IMG/VR virus record: IMGVR_UViG_3300025114_000014
Coordinates: 1-36,898 of that record
DNA from: a virus
Lineage: Duplodnaviria; Caudoviricetes
DNA: 36,898 nt
Reading direction: 5' to 3' (one strand)
Below are positions 1-8,455 of the stretch, in pieces. The notes beneath the pieces are model-generated. The model was not told where the DNA came from and made no database searches. It was given only the letters and a program-made list of their open reading frames with translations. The position numbers and the translations under genes were made by a program. Numbering within the stretch: position 1 is the first letter of the stretch; every line of letters begins with the position of its first letter.

Positions 1-94
1 TACCTAACGACTTATTATTAAATCGTATAATATCTTCAGCGTTACTATGATAATTTACTGCAGTAGCTGTATCTGTACTCCATGCTGATGCCAT
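1..94 (-). CDS. Partial CDS (5' part only, runs off the window), hypothetical protein
   Basis: ATG at 94-92 overlaps the TAA of the upstream 103-aa ORF (TAATG coupling); frame stays open to the window edge (MASAWSTDTATAVNYHSNAEDIIRFNNKSLG...). Confidence 0.6.
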   Translation of the reverse strand, partial: MASAWSTDTATAVNYHSNAEDIIRFNNKSLG

Positions 95-405
95 TATTTT
101 TTAATATAATATTTGTTATCTGCTATATACATTGTTATTCCAGTATTACCTAAATTTCGAGAACCTCTCTTTTCTAAATCTGTAATCTTATATAACTCCT
201 TTATACCTTGTACTTCGCTAGCGGTTAAAAGAAATACTCCATTTTCCTCATCTTTTAATCTGTTTAGTTTATGACAAGTATTAGGCTTTGTTCTATGACT
301 AACCGGTAATAAATTTTGATGCAATCTTCCTGACCCCGTACTACCTCTTAATTTATATAAATTCGGGAGTCCTAAAGCTTCAAGAAATTTACGAGTAAAT
401 AACAT
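94..405 (-). CDS. Hypothetical basic late protein, 103 aa
   Basis: Intact ORF; TAAATA box 6 nt before ATG; coupled to the next gene; no recognisable family. Confidence 0.7.
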   Translation of the reverse strand: MLFTRKFLEALGLPNLYKLRGSTGSGRLHQNLLPVSHRTKPNTCHKLNRLKDEENGVFLLTASEVQGIKELYKITDLEKRGSRNLGNTGITMYIADNKYYIKK

Positions 406-411
406 TTTAAT

Positions 412-417
412 TATTTA
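412..417 (-). promoter_or_regulatory. T4-type late promoter core TAAATA
   Basis: Minus strand TTAAATA-ATTAAA-ATG(405), just downstream of the terminator. Confidence 0.6.
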
Positions 418-419
418 AT

Positions 420-448
420 AAAAAAGCCCCTTACATTTGTAAGGGGCT
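420..448 (-). terminator. Rho-independent terminator
   Basis: Perfect inverted repeat AGCCCCTTAC-ATTT-GTAAGGGGCT (425-448) with an A run at 420-425, giving a U tract on the minus strand downstream of the 470-aa gene. Confidence 0.85.
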
Positions 449-474
449 CTCAAAGGTATTATGTTTTAATTGTA

Positions 475-1017
475 TTAGGTCTTCGACTTGGCCTTTAATG
501 GACCTGGCTTACCACTGGCTTTGTGAACTCCAGGTTTCTTACCATCAGTGGTAGGCTTACCTGTCGTCTCGTCATCAGTAACCTTCGCATCACCGGTACC
601 AGCTGTCTTTCCGCCTAAACTATCAGAAGCAGGATCCGTGGCCTTACCACCACCATCAGAAGGATCGACACCAGGTTTTGTACCATCGGATGTCGGAGCA
701 CCAGTTGTTGGTGTTACATCCTCTTCGACTCCCTCGAAGCTTTCATCTTCAACCGGCTCGTCGTCGCCACCGAACTCATCATCAGCGGGTTCCTCGTCAT
801 CCGCTGGAGCGAGTTGATCCGCGACGGCTCGAATAGCATCGGCTTGGTCTGGAGTTAATGTTACTGTGACGTCTTCGCCACCTTCATCTCCGAGCTCATC
901 ATCAAGACCAAGATCATCGCCTGGTAATGTGTCTATACCAAGCTCATTTTCGAAATCATCGTCTTCACCCATTACTTGCTCGTAGAGCTTATCAAATATT
1001 GACTTATCTTCTGACAT
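475..1017 (-). CDS. Putative nested in-frame 180-aa product (MSEDKSIFDKLYEQVM...)
   Basis: Met291 of the 470-aa ORF is preceded by TATAAATA (1045-1038) and AAAGGT (1029-1024). Confidence 0.55.
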   Translation of the reverse strand: MSEDKSIFDKLYEQVMGEDDDFENELGIDTLPGDDLGLDDELGDEGGEDVTVTLTPDQADAIRAVADQLAPADDEEPADDEFGGDDEPVEDESFEGVEEDVTPTTGAPTSDGTKPGVDPSDGGGKATDPASDSLGGKTAGTGDAKVTDDETTGKPTTDGKKPGVHKASGKPGPLKAKSKT

Positions 1018-1887
1018 AATATTACCTTTGTTACAATTATTTATACTCTCCTTAACAACTTTCTTCTCTTTTTTTACTTTTTTGTCGTCATCCTCTTCTG
1101 CCGCCTCAACAGGCTCCTGTAAATCTTCTTCTGCTTTTTGCTTTTTAGGCTCAGCACCATCTACTACAACCTCATCTGTTGGTCGTTGATTCTTCGAATT
1201 TAACTTCACTCCAACAGATTCATCTGGCTTCTTATGATCTTTACCAGGCTCGTTTTTTTCACGAACCCTATATTTACTAGAAGCCAACCGGTCTTCATAT
1301 TCATCCATAATATTTGCGTCTACTTTAAAATGATCCATTTTTTTGTCCTTTTTTTCCTTTAATGTAACTAACTTCCTTTCAAACTTAACTGACTCTTTCG
1401 CTTCGCCCCAGGACATGCTCGATGTCTTTGCAACATTATCTCTTTTAACTTGAATTCCATCACCCGCCAGCTCGGCGGCTGAAACCCAGTCTCCATCAAT
1501 ACTAAGAATTACAAAATCTGAACCTTCACCTTCAACCTCCACTATATCTCCAACCTCTAATGGCTCATCATCTAAACGATCACCACTATGACGACTAAGA
1601 TCAGGTAATCCAGTTTCTTTTACTGAATCATGAGCTAGATGAACATGTGCTCCATCATCGTCATGACCCTTTCTCTTTTTCTTTTTTCTTGTTGCAATTT
1701 TATGCAAAAGAGCTCCGCCCACGATCCCTGCGCCGACTCCCAATGCATCTATCTCATTTTTAATAGACGCTTTAATTTCTTTATCTTCAGTAACAAGTTC
1801 TTTTGGCTCTTCAACCTCTTCAGTAGTACCTGAAACCGTAGCTTTTACAAAAGCGTCATTAATAGAGTTTAAATCTCTGCCGGTCAT
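475..1887 (-). CDS. Highly charged, acidic 470-aa late protein; possible prohead core or internal head protein
   Basis: D/E/K-rich low-complexity ORF divergent from terL; TATAAATA 5 nt before ATG; several hydrophobic-x-E motifs (LVTE, VVKE, LYE); small KOW/SH3-like stretch (LEVGDIVEVEG). Function is inference. Confidence 0.6.
   Translation of the reverse strand: MTGRDLNSINDAFVKATVSGTTEEVEEPKELVTEDKEIKASIKNEIDALGVGAGIVGGALLHKIATRKKKKRKGHDDDGAHVHLAHDSVKETGLPDLSRHSGDRLDDEPLEVGDIVEVEGEGSDFVILSIDGDWVSAAELAGDGIQVKRDNVAKTSSMSWGEAKESVKFERKLVTLKEKKDKKMDHFKVDANIMDEYEDRLASSKYRVREKNEPGKDHKKPDESVGVKLNSKNQRPTDEVVVDGAEPKKQKAEEDLQEPVEAAEEDDDKKVKKEKKVVKESINNCNKGNIMSEDKSIFDKLYEQVMGEDDDFENELGIDTLPGDDLGLDDELGDEGGEDVTVTLTPDQADAIRAVADQLAPADDEEPADDEFGGDDEPVEDESFEGVEEDVTPTTGAPTSDGTKPGVDPSDGGGKATDPASDSLGGKTAGTGDAKVTDDETTGKPTTDGKKPGVHKASGKPGPLKAKSKT
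526..708 (-). repeat. Imperfect intragenic peptide duplication TTGAPTSDGTKPGV / TTGKPTTDGKKPGV
   Basis: Two 14-aa copies at 708-667 and 567-526, 11 of 14 residues identical. Confidence 0.7.
1024..1045 (-). promoter_or_regulatory. Internal late promoter TATAAATA plus RBS AAAGGT
   Basis: Minus strand TATAAATAATTGTAACAAAGGTAATATT-ATG; nearly the same as the sheath leader ATAAATAATTGTAAAGGT. Confidence 0.65.
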
Positions 1888-1900
1888 GTAAATATTTATA
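1888..1900. promoter_or_regulatory. Bidirectional overlapping late promoters in a 13-bp intergenic gap
   Basis: GTAAATATTTATA: plus-strand TAAATA (1889-1894) 6 nt before GTG(1901); minus-strand TATAAATA (1900-1893) 5 nt before ATG(1887). Confidence 0.7.
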
Positions 1901-3619
1901 GTGCCGAGGCTAAAAAAAGACGATAAATTTTATTTAGGTAATACAAACCTACCTAACCCTGATATGGAGTTTGAGTGGACTCCGGAGATGGTAAAGTCGC
2001 TCAAAAAAGCAAGACAGAATATTCTTCACTTTGCAGAAGAATTTTTTCACATTGTAAATCTTGATCAAGGTAAGATGAAAATACAGTTATATCCTTTTCA
2101 GAGAAGGATATTACGTAGTTTAAGAGATAATAGGTTTGTAGCCTGTCTAGCTAGTAGACAAACCGGAAAAACTACTATGATGACAATTTATGCTTTATGG
2201 ATTGCTTGTTTTGAAGACGATCAACGTATATTAATTGTTGCTAATAAAGAGCAGACTGCTATTAGTATTTTTGGAAGAGTTAGACTTGCATATGAAAATT
2301 TACCAAATTATCTCAAACCCGGTGTTGTAGAATACGGTAAGACTTCTATGAAATTAGCAAACGGGAGTAGTATTGGTATTAGTACAACAAGCTCAGATGC
2401 TGGACGAGGAGAATCTGTTAATGTATTAATTCTAGATGAGTTAGCGTTTATTCCAAATAATCTTGTTGAGCAATTCTGGAGTTCAGTATATCCTATTATT
2501 TCCTCATCAACAAAATCTAAAATATTTGTAGCGTCTACTCCCAACGGTAGTGGTAATTTATTTTTTACATTATACACAGAAGCAGAAAAAGGAACAAATA
2601 ACTGGAAAGCAGAAAAAATATTATGGCACGAAGTCCCGGGTAGAGATGAACAATGGAAAAAAGATACTATAAAATCTATAGGTAGTGAAGAAGCCTTTGC
2701 GCAAGAGTTTGATTGTAAGTTTCTTGATACTGGTGACTCCTTTATCGATGAACTCTTTTACGAGAAGCTGGCCGCTAAGACAAAAGAACCTACATATATG
2801 TTTGATGATGGATGTTATAGTGTATGGGATGAACCAGATAAAGATCATTTATATACTATAGGTGTTGATGTAGCAGAAGGTGTTGGCCAAAATTTTAGCG
2901 TTATACAAGTTTTAGATATAACTGATTTACAAGATATAAAACAAGTTGCAGAATATGCATCTAATGAAATTAACCCATTTGAATTTACTACTAAAGTTCG
3001 TGACATATGTTATCACTGGGGCGCACCTCCTGTATTAATAGAAAGAAATAATTGCGGCAGTCAAGTTGTAGATAATTTATATCACCAATATAATTACAGA
3101 AGTATAGTTAATTGGTCTCCTAAAATAGGTCAAGTAAAATATGATAGACTAGGAGTATATGCTCATACTAATACCAAGTATAAAGGTATAACTAATATGA
3201 GATATTGGATTAATGAACTTAAATGTGTTGATATAAGATCAAAACCCACTATCATAGAACTGAAAAATTTTGTACGATACCCTAATGGGTCTTGGGCAGC
3301 TCAGCCTGGGTTTGATTATGATGATAGAGTTATGGCAATGGTCTGGGCATTATTAATATTAGAAAATAGCGTTATACAAAAATACTATAGTGTAACAGAA
3401 ATTGATGATAATCAACGACCCGCAAAAATAGAATTAGGTCCATATATTGATCAAAAGTTTAGCAATTTTCTGCAAGATTATAAAATGCAAAATATTGATG
3501 ATACATGGAACCCTCCGCCAGTTCACTTTGAAAACATAAATATTTTAGGAGAGGATGAAGGTCCTAATTATAACTCAGATATGGAAGAAATGCAAAGAGC
3601 AGGATATGTTAGAGTATGA
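1901..3619 (+). CDS. terL: Terminase large subunit (T4 gp17-like)
   Basis: LYPFQ adenine-binding motif, Walker A ASRQTGKT, Walker B LILDE, coupling motif STPNG, FAQEFDC, nuclease motifs GVDVAEG, IERNN and DDRVMA; GTG start. Confidence 0.96.
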   Translation: MPRLKKDDKFYLGNTNLPNPDMEFEWTPEMVKSLKKARQNILHFAEEFFHIVNLDQGKMKIQLYPFQRRILRSLRDNRFVACLASRQTGKTTMMTIYALWIACFEDDQRILIVANKEQTAISIFGRVRLAYENLPNYLKPGVVEYGKTSMKLANGSSIGISTTSSDAGRGESVNVLILDELAFIPNNLVEQFWSSVYPIISSSTKSKIFVASTPNGSGNLFFTLYTEAEKGTNNWKAEKILWHEVPGRDEQWKKDTIKSIGSEEAFAQEFDCKFLDTGDSFIDELFYEKLAAKTKEPTYMFDDGCYSVWDEPDKDHLYTIGVDVAEGVGQNFSVIQVLDITDLQDIKQVAEYASNEINPFEFTTKVRDICYHWGAPPVLIERNNCGSQVVDNLYHQYNYRSIVNWSPKIGQVKYDRLGVYAHTNTKYKGITNMRYWINELKCVDIRSKPTIIELKNFVRYPNGSWAAQPGFDYDDRVMAMVWALLILENSVIQKYYSVTEIDDNQRPAKIELGPYIDQKFSNFLQDYKMQNIDDTWNPPPVHFENINILGEDEGPNYNSDMEEMQRAGYVRV

Positions 3620-4185
3620 ATCAAGCACCACTTAATAAAAATAGACAAGATAAATTTATTTTAGTTTTAAATTTGCCTGAAGGTATAAAAGAAATTGTAG
3701 ATAATATTTCTAGAAATACAAATAGAATTGACGCGAACAGTTTAGAAATAAGTATTGCCGGAGCCGTGACTCCAACCATAAGTATACCTGAAAAAACTCT
3801 TCCATATGGCGCACAAACTATAAAAGTAAGCTCACACGCTCGTCCATCATATGATCCCTTAAGTATAGATTTTAAAGTCGATAATGAATTCAAAAATTAT
3901 TGGGCAATATATAAATGGCTTGATATTATTAATGACGTAAAAACTGGGGCATTTAATGAAGATGAGATTATAAAATATCCACAACCCAATCAACAACTTC
4001 CAATATATTCCTCTAATTTAACTGTATACGGTTTAGATGAATATGAGAATAGAAAAATACAATGGGATTATATCGGAGCATTTCCAACTAGACTCGCTGA
4101 AATAAATTGGGATTATACTAGCGAGGCTGAAATTATTTCTTCTGCAACTTTTGAATTTACAAAAATAGAATCAAAATTAATTTAA
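3616..4185 (+). CDS. Tail completion / tube terminator protein (T4 gp3-like, tail-tube fold)
   Basis: YDPLSIDFKVDNEFKNYWAIYKWL and GAFPTRL...SATFEF resemble gp3/gp19-fold proteins; ATGA overlap with terL. Confidence 0.7.
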   Translation: MNQAPLNKNRQDKFILVLNLPEGIKEIVDNISRNTNRIDANSLEISIAGAVTPTISIPEKTLPYGAQTIKVSSHARPSYDPLSIDFKVDNEFKNYWAIYKWLDIINDVKTGAFNEDEIIKYPQPNQQLPIYSSNLTVYGLDEYENRKIQWDYIGAFPTRLAEINWDYTSEAEIISSATFEFTKIESKLI

Positions 4186-4194
4186 GAATATTTA

Positions 4195-5085
4195 TCACCA
4201 AAAATAACTCATGGCGACATTAGTCTTATAAGAACAGTCCGGCATTTTTCTAACAATTTTTTTAAATTCCTGTTCGGTAATATTACCCTGTTTCCATGAT
4301 TCACCTTCAATACACCCAATCATTGTATTAGTTCTATCTTGTATAGATTTTACATACATAGATGCCGCAAACATTTCATCAGGGTTCCCTGTATCAAACC
4401 ATGCATAATTACTATTTAAACTATTATGCCATAATAGATCATCCTGCAAATAGCTTTTATTTAAATCAGTGATTTCTAATTCACCTCTAGGAGATGGTTT
4501 TAAATTTCTCGCTCTTGCTCCAGCAGTATTATCATAAAAATAAATACCCGTTACTGCATTATTACTTTTTGGCGTATCTGGTTTTTCCTCTATTGAAAGA
4601 ATTTTACCTTCATCATCAATATCAATTACACCATACTCACTAGGGTTTGAAACTCTATAACTAACAACACAAGCCTTATGACCATTAAGAGTAGGTTTTC
4701 TTATACCCGTAAAGATATTGTCTCCTAAGATTAAACACACATTATCATCCCCTTGCCATCCCTCGGCAATAATTAATGCCTCAGCTATACCAGCCGGGGT
4801 CATTTGTATCTTAAAATTAAAATTAATTCCTAAATATGGTCGATTTCTATCTGCGCTATGAACACCGCTTGGCCCAAGTGCCGTTTGATTAAACAAATGT
4901 AATAAATGAGGATATGCGTGAGCATTAGTAATAATCATTATATCTTTAATGCCTAATTTAATTAAAGTTGATAGAGGATAATAGATAGTAGGCTTATCGT
5001 AAATTGGAAGAAGTTGCTTTGAGACAGTTTTTGTACAAGGATAAACTCTCGATCCGGTTCCTCCAGCTAAGATGATGCCCTTCAT
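4195..5085 (-). CDS. rmlA: Glucose-1-phosphate thymidylyltransferase
   Basis: MKGIILAGGTGSR, SKQLLPIYDKP, LILGDNIF, EEKP, AVTGIYFYD, LKPSPRGELEITD and WFDTG are all RmlA/RfbA signature motifs. Confidence 0.95.
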   Translation of the reverse strand: MKGIILAGGTGSRVYPCTKTVSKQLLPIYDKPTIYYPLSTLIKLGIKDIMIITNAHAYPHLLHLFNQTALGPSGVHSADRNRPYLGINFNFKIQMTPAGIAEALIIAEGWQGDDNVCLILGDNIFTGIRKPTLNGHKACVVSYRVSNPSEYGVIDIDDEGKILSIEEKPDTPKSNNAVTGIYFYDNTAGARARNLKPSPRGELEITDLNKSYLQDDLLWHNSLNSNYAWFDTGNPDEMFAASMYVKSIQDRTNTMIGCIEGESWKQGNITEQEFKKIVRKMPDCSYKTNVAMSYFW

Positions 5086-5091
5086 ATATTT

Positions 5092-5120
5092 ATATTATAA
5101 TGCATCTTTCGCCAAATCAA
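5092..5120 (-). promoter_or_regulatory. Sigma70-like promoter for rmlA
   Basis: TTGATT(5120-5115)-N17-TAATAT(5097-5092)-6 nt-ATG(5085); an overlapping TATAAT and a TATAAATA (5094-5087) are also present. Confidence 0.5.
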
Positions 5121-5144
5121 CTAAAATATGTCAGCGGAAAACAA

Positions 5145-5161
5145 TAAATAATTGTAAAGGT
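5145..5161 (+). promoter_or_regulatory. Late promoter TAAATA plus RBS AAAGGT for tail sheath
   Basis: ATAAATAATTGTAAAGGTTTTACT-ATG(5168). Confidence 0.65.
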
Positions 5162-5167
5162 TTTACT

Positions 5168-7816
5168 ATGAGTAGACGAACAATTCAATCACCAGGAGTA
5201 GAAATAAGAGAAATTGACTTGACGCAACGACCTGCCGCGCCAGTCGGTACGAGTGTATTTGTTGCTGGATTTTCCAATCAAGGCCCTACGGACGAAGTTT
5301 TTAATGTAGGGACATTCGCGGAATTTGAAGAAATTTACGGCAAACCTACAAACGCTGCCGAGAGATATTTTTATCATTCTACGCGACAAGTCTTTAATAG
5401 TGATGCAAATGTTTTTGTGTCCCGGTTACCATATGGCAACAACACCGGAGATAGAAAATATTCTGCTCTAGTTTATCCAGCGGTGGGCGCAAAAACAGCT
5501 ACCATCACAGCTATTGATACTACCAATGGCTCTTACATCGATCTTTGTACTTCAGAAGGCACGGGGATTTCAGTCACAGACACTCTTTCAACTGATACTA
5601 TTAATATTGAATTAGTGATGAAGGATTCTAATGACAATTTATCTTTTGTTAATACTTCGATGACCGGTCTTAGTGGCATGCTCGCCGACTCACCAGATTC
5701 AACGGCAGTATTTCGATTATCAGCGGCCAACGCCAGTGCGTTCGGTAAAGATGAATCAGTCACTGCAGTCAGTGCTTATTCAGATACTTCTTTTGTTGAT
5801 AGTATAACAGGTAAAACTCTCGTTACTGGTCAACTACAGAGCGATGAGGTGACAAACCTTTCTGGATTAAACACTTCTTTAAGTGGTTCTGATTATTATG
5901 TACTTGGATCTCCTACTCTTGTTGAGTTAACCGAAGCTCAATTTAATACTGCAAGTAAAGGTAATATAGATTGGACCGATGCTGGAAATGAAGGTGACGA
6001 TGCTGAATTTACTGGTGATTTTACAAGCATAGGTGGTGCTGGTGTTATTGTACTAAATAAAGGAGCTACAATAACTAATAATAATTTTGAAGGTTATTAT
6101 GTTGGAACAGCTGATGGTTCTAATAGTAATCCTGCAACTAACTTTGATACAGTAAATGCAGTATATACTACTACTAGTAATGCTCCAGTAGCATCTAGTG
6201 GTTATGCAACAGTCCCAGGATCAAGAGTAGGATTTAATTTAACTAGCCTGGCTACAGAAGAAAAGAGTAGTACAAGTAAAACTTTAGAAACATTTTCTAA
6301 ATTTGATATTGATGGTCCAGAATTTCTCGACACCATAAGTTTCGGTGTTTTCAAAATTCGAAATACACCGTTTGCTAATTCTGAATTAGAATTAACTAAT
6401 TTCTTAGCAGAAGGATATACTGGATCTCTTAACTCTAGACGGAAAGTCCAAAACGAAAACGGCGGTCAACAAAGATCATTTTTCCTTGAAGATCAAGATG
6501 ATAGATCACCAAATGTTAAGATTTTAGTAAATCCATCTATTAGTGAATACAGCGGAGATTGGACTTCAACAGAAGGAGACGTTCCAACAAAGACAGTTCG
6601 AGTCGCGCATTCTAGTAATACAAACGCAGCGATTTTAAATGGTTTAATGAGTTCTGGTAGTACTTTAGACGGTAATCCAGCTTTTAACTATTCTGTAATA
6701 CAAGGATTATTTCCATTAGGTGTATATAATACAACTAATAATCTAACTAAAACTGTTGGTAGTATTCCTGATAAATTAGATAGAATATTTGAAATTGCTC
6801 AGAATGTTGATGTATTTACTATTGACGTTTCTATTGAAGCAGGGTTAGGTACAATACATACATTTGCGACAGCCAATACCCAAGAATTTGTTGATACAAC
6901 TTATCAAGATGTTGGTGGAACAAGTACAGGGTTCTTTACACCAGATCAAAATATGTTAGGATCAACCTACATAACTCAAAGAGATAATTATAGAACTATT
7001 TTTAATAGATTTGAGACATTTGCTCGACAGACGAGAAAAGATCATATCTTTATTGCTGATGCGCTTAGGCCATTAGTTGTACAAGGTGACGCCGGTAAGG
7101 TTCTTGATGATAAAACTAAAAACTTTAGTAAGCATGTATACTGGCCGTTAAGACATCAATTTGGTGTTGCTAACAGCAACTTCGCTACAACTTACGGTAA
7201 CTGGGCAAAAGTCTGGGACGGTACAAGTGGTAAACAAATCTGGATTCCGTTCTCTGGTGTTGCAGCTAAAATTTATGCTAATAATGATTCAAACTTTGCA
7301 CCATGGTACGCTCCAGCCGGGTTTAGCCGCGGCGTTGTTACAGGTGTAAACGACATTGCAGTTAGCCCGACACAGCGGCAAAGAGATCAATTATATAGGA
7401 TTGCTATTAATCCTGTTACACAATTCCCAGCTGAAGGTATTGTTGTATTCGGTCAAAAGACATTACAACGGAAACCCACGGCATTTGATAGAGTTAATGT
7501 TCGTAGACTATTTCTTGATTTAGAGAAAAGAACAAGGCAGACCTTGAAATTCTTTATCTTTGAACCTAATACGTTCTTAACAAGGACTAAGGTCGTTAAT
7601 ACATTAACACCGATTTTTGAGAACTGCAAACAAACAGAAGGTGTCTATGATTACCTTATTGTTTGTGACGAAAGGAATAACCCTGCTAGTGTTATTGATG
7701 AAAATGAGTTGAGAGTAGATATCTATTTGAAGCCAGTTCGCGCAGCAGAGTTTATATTGGTTAACTTTTACGCTGTTAATACAGACGTTAACTTTGAGGA
7801 GATAGTTGGGCAATAA
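5168..7816 (+). CDS. Contractile tail sheath protein (T4 gp18-like), 882 aa
   Basis: N-terminal SPGVEIREIDLT; C-terminal PWYAPAGFSRG, RDQLYRIAINPV, VFGQKTLQ, AFDRVNVRRLFL, FEPN, VCDERNN, LKPVRAAEFI. Start moved from 5072 to 5168 because of the RBS, the promoter and the overlap with rmlA. Confidence 0.96.
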   Translation: MSRRTIQSPGVEIREIDLTQRPAAPVGTSVFVAGFSNQGPTDEVFNVGTFAEFEEIYGKPTNAAERYFYHSTRQVFNSDANVFVSRLPYGNNTGDRKYSALVYPAVGAKTATITAIDTTNGSYIDLCTSEGTGISVTDTLSTDTINIELVMKDSNDNLSFVNTSMTGLSGMLADSPDSTAVFRLSAANASAFGKDESVTAVSAYSDTSFVDSITGKTLVTGQLQSDEVTNLSGLNTSLSGSDYYVLGSPTLVELTEAQFNTASKGNIDWTDAGNEGDDAEFTGDFTSIGGAGVIVLNKGATITNNNFEGYYVGTADGSNSNPATNFDTVNAVYTTTSNAPVASSGYATVPGSRVGFNLTSLATEEKSSTSKTLETFSKFDIDGPEFLDTISFGVFKIRNTPFANSELELTNFLAEGYTGSLNSRRKVQNENGGQQRSFFLEDQDDRSPNVKILVNPSISEYSGDWTSTEGDVPTKTVRVAHSSNTNAAILNGLMSSGSTLDGNPAFNYSVIQGLFPLGVYNTTNNLTKTVGSIPDKLDRIFEIAQNVDVFTIDVSIEAGLGTIHTFATANTQEFVDTTYQDVGGTSTGFFTPDQNMLGSTYITQRDNYRTIFNRFETFARQTRKDHIFIADALRPLVVQGDAGKVLDDKTKNFSKHVYWPLRHQFGVANSNFATTYGNWAKVWDGTSGKQIWIPFSGVAAKIYANNDSNFAPWYAPAGFSRGVVTGVNDIAVSPTQRQRDQLYRIAINPVTQFPAEGIVVFGQKTLQRKPTAFDRVNVRRLFLDLEKRTRQTLKFFIFEPNTFLTRTKVVNTLTPIFENCKQTEGVYDYLIVCDERNNPASVIDENELRVDIYLKPVRAAEFILVNFYAVNTDVNFEEIVGQ

Positions 7817-7830
7817 ATTAAAGTAAAAAC

Positions 7831-7836
7831 TAAATA
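7831..7836 (+). promoter_or_regulatory. Late promoter core TAAATA for tail tube
   Basis: CTAAATAATTATAACATC-ATG(7848), 11-nt spacer. Confidence 0.55.
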
Positions 7837-7847
7837 ATTATAACATC

Positions 7848-8438
7848 ATGGCTGATATTAAACAAACAATTCAAGATTTTTATAAGGTAGCACAAACAAG
7901 AGACTTTGCACGTGACTTCCAGTTCCGCGTATTAGATGTTGCTAACAAAGGTACCCCCGTGTTTACAGAAGACGATTTAGTGTATGCCACAGCAGCTACA
8001 TTACCAGGTAAAACAATCGCAACAAAGGATGTTCCTTATAATGGATTTAATTTCCGGATTCCCGGTACAGTGTCATATAATTCAAGTGATGCCTTTACTA
8101 TTGATTTTTATTGTGATGCGACAACTCAAGCTCGTATTGCAATGGAAAACTGGATAACTGAAACTTATAATGATGAAACAACCTCTGGTGACGGAGTACT
8201 TCATAATAATAGTACAGTTACTTTAGTTCAATTAGATACTCAATTTGAACCATTACGTACTTATAAGCTATACGGTGTGTTCCCTACAGACTGTGGTGAT
8301 ATAGGATATAACATTACTGGTGATGGATCAGTCGCCACGGTTACTATAACTGTAGCGTATCAATTCTTCAGGAGAGATAATGAACTCAATACTGCAGTTA
8401 ACGCTATTGGCAAATTAGCTGGTGCAGTATTAGGTTAA
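7848..8438 (+). CDS. Tail tube protein (T4 gp19-like)
   Basis: Follows the sheath gene; ATLPG, VPYNGFNFRIPG, LVQLD, YKLYGVFP and YQFF are tube-fold motifs; 196 aa. Confidence 0.88.
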   Translation: MADIKQTIQDFYKVAQTRDFARDFQFRVLDVANKGTPVFTEDDLVYATAATLPGKTIATKDVPYNGFNFRIPGTVSYNSSDAFTIDFYCDATTQARIAMENWITETYNDETTSGDGVLHNNSTVTLVQLDTQFEPLRTYKLYGVFPTDCGDIGYNITGDGSVATVTITVAYQFFRRDNELNTAVNAIGKLAGAVLG

Positions 8439-8444
8439 TAGCCT

Positions 8445-8450
8445 TAAATA
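8445..8450 (+). promoter_or_regulatory. Late promoter core TAAATA
   Basis: TTAAATA-TTTGT-ATG(8456), 5-nt spacer. Confidence 0.6.
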
Positions 8451-8455
8451 TTTGT

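Noticed and set aside
1901-3619. Intein, intron or homing endonuclease in terL or other core genes
   Set aside because: terL, sheath termini, clamp loader and dUTPase are continuous; no splicing or LAGLIDADG/HNH motifs seen.
5087-5094. Perfect TATAAATA upstream of rmlA as a late promoter
   Set aside because: Only 1 nt from the ATG, so transcription would start inside the gene; it overlaps the sigma70 -10 region. Dual use cannot be excluded.
5072-5167. ORF-track N-terminal extension of the tail sheath
   Set aside because: Overlaps the rmlA start and both promoters; ATG 5168 has an RBS and gives the usual sheath N-terminus.
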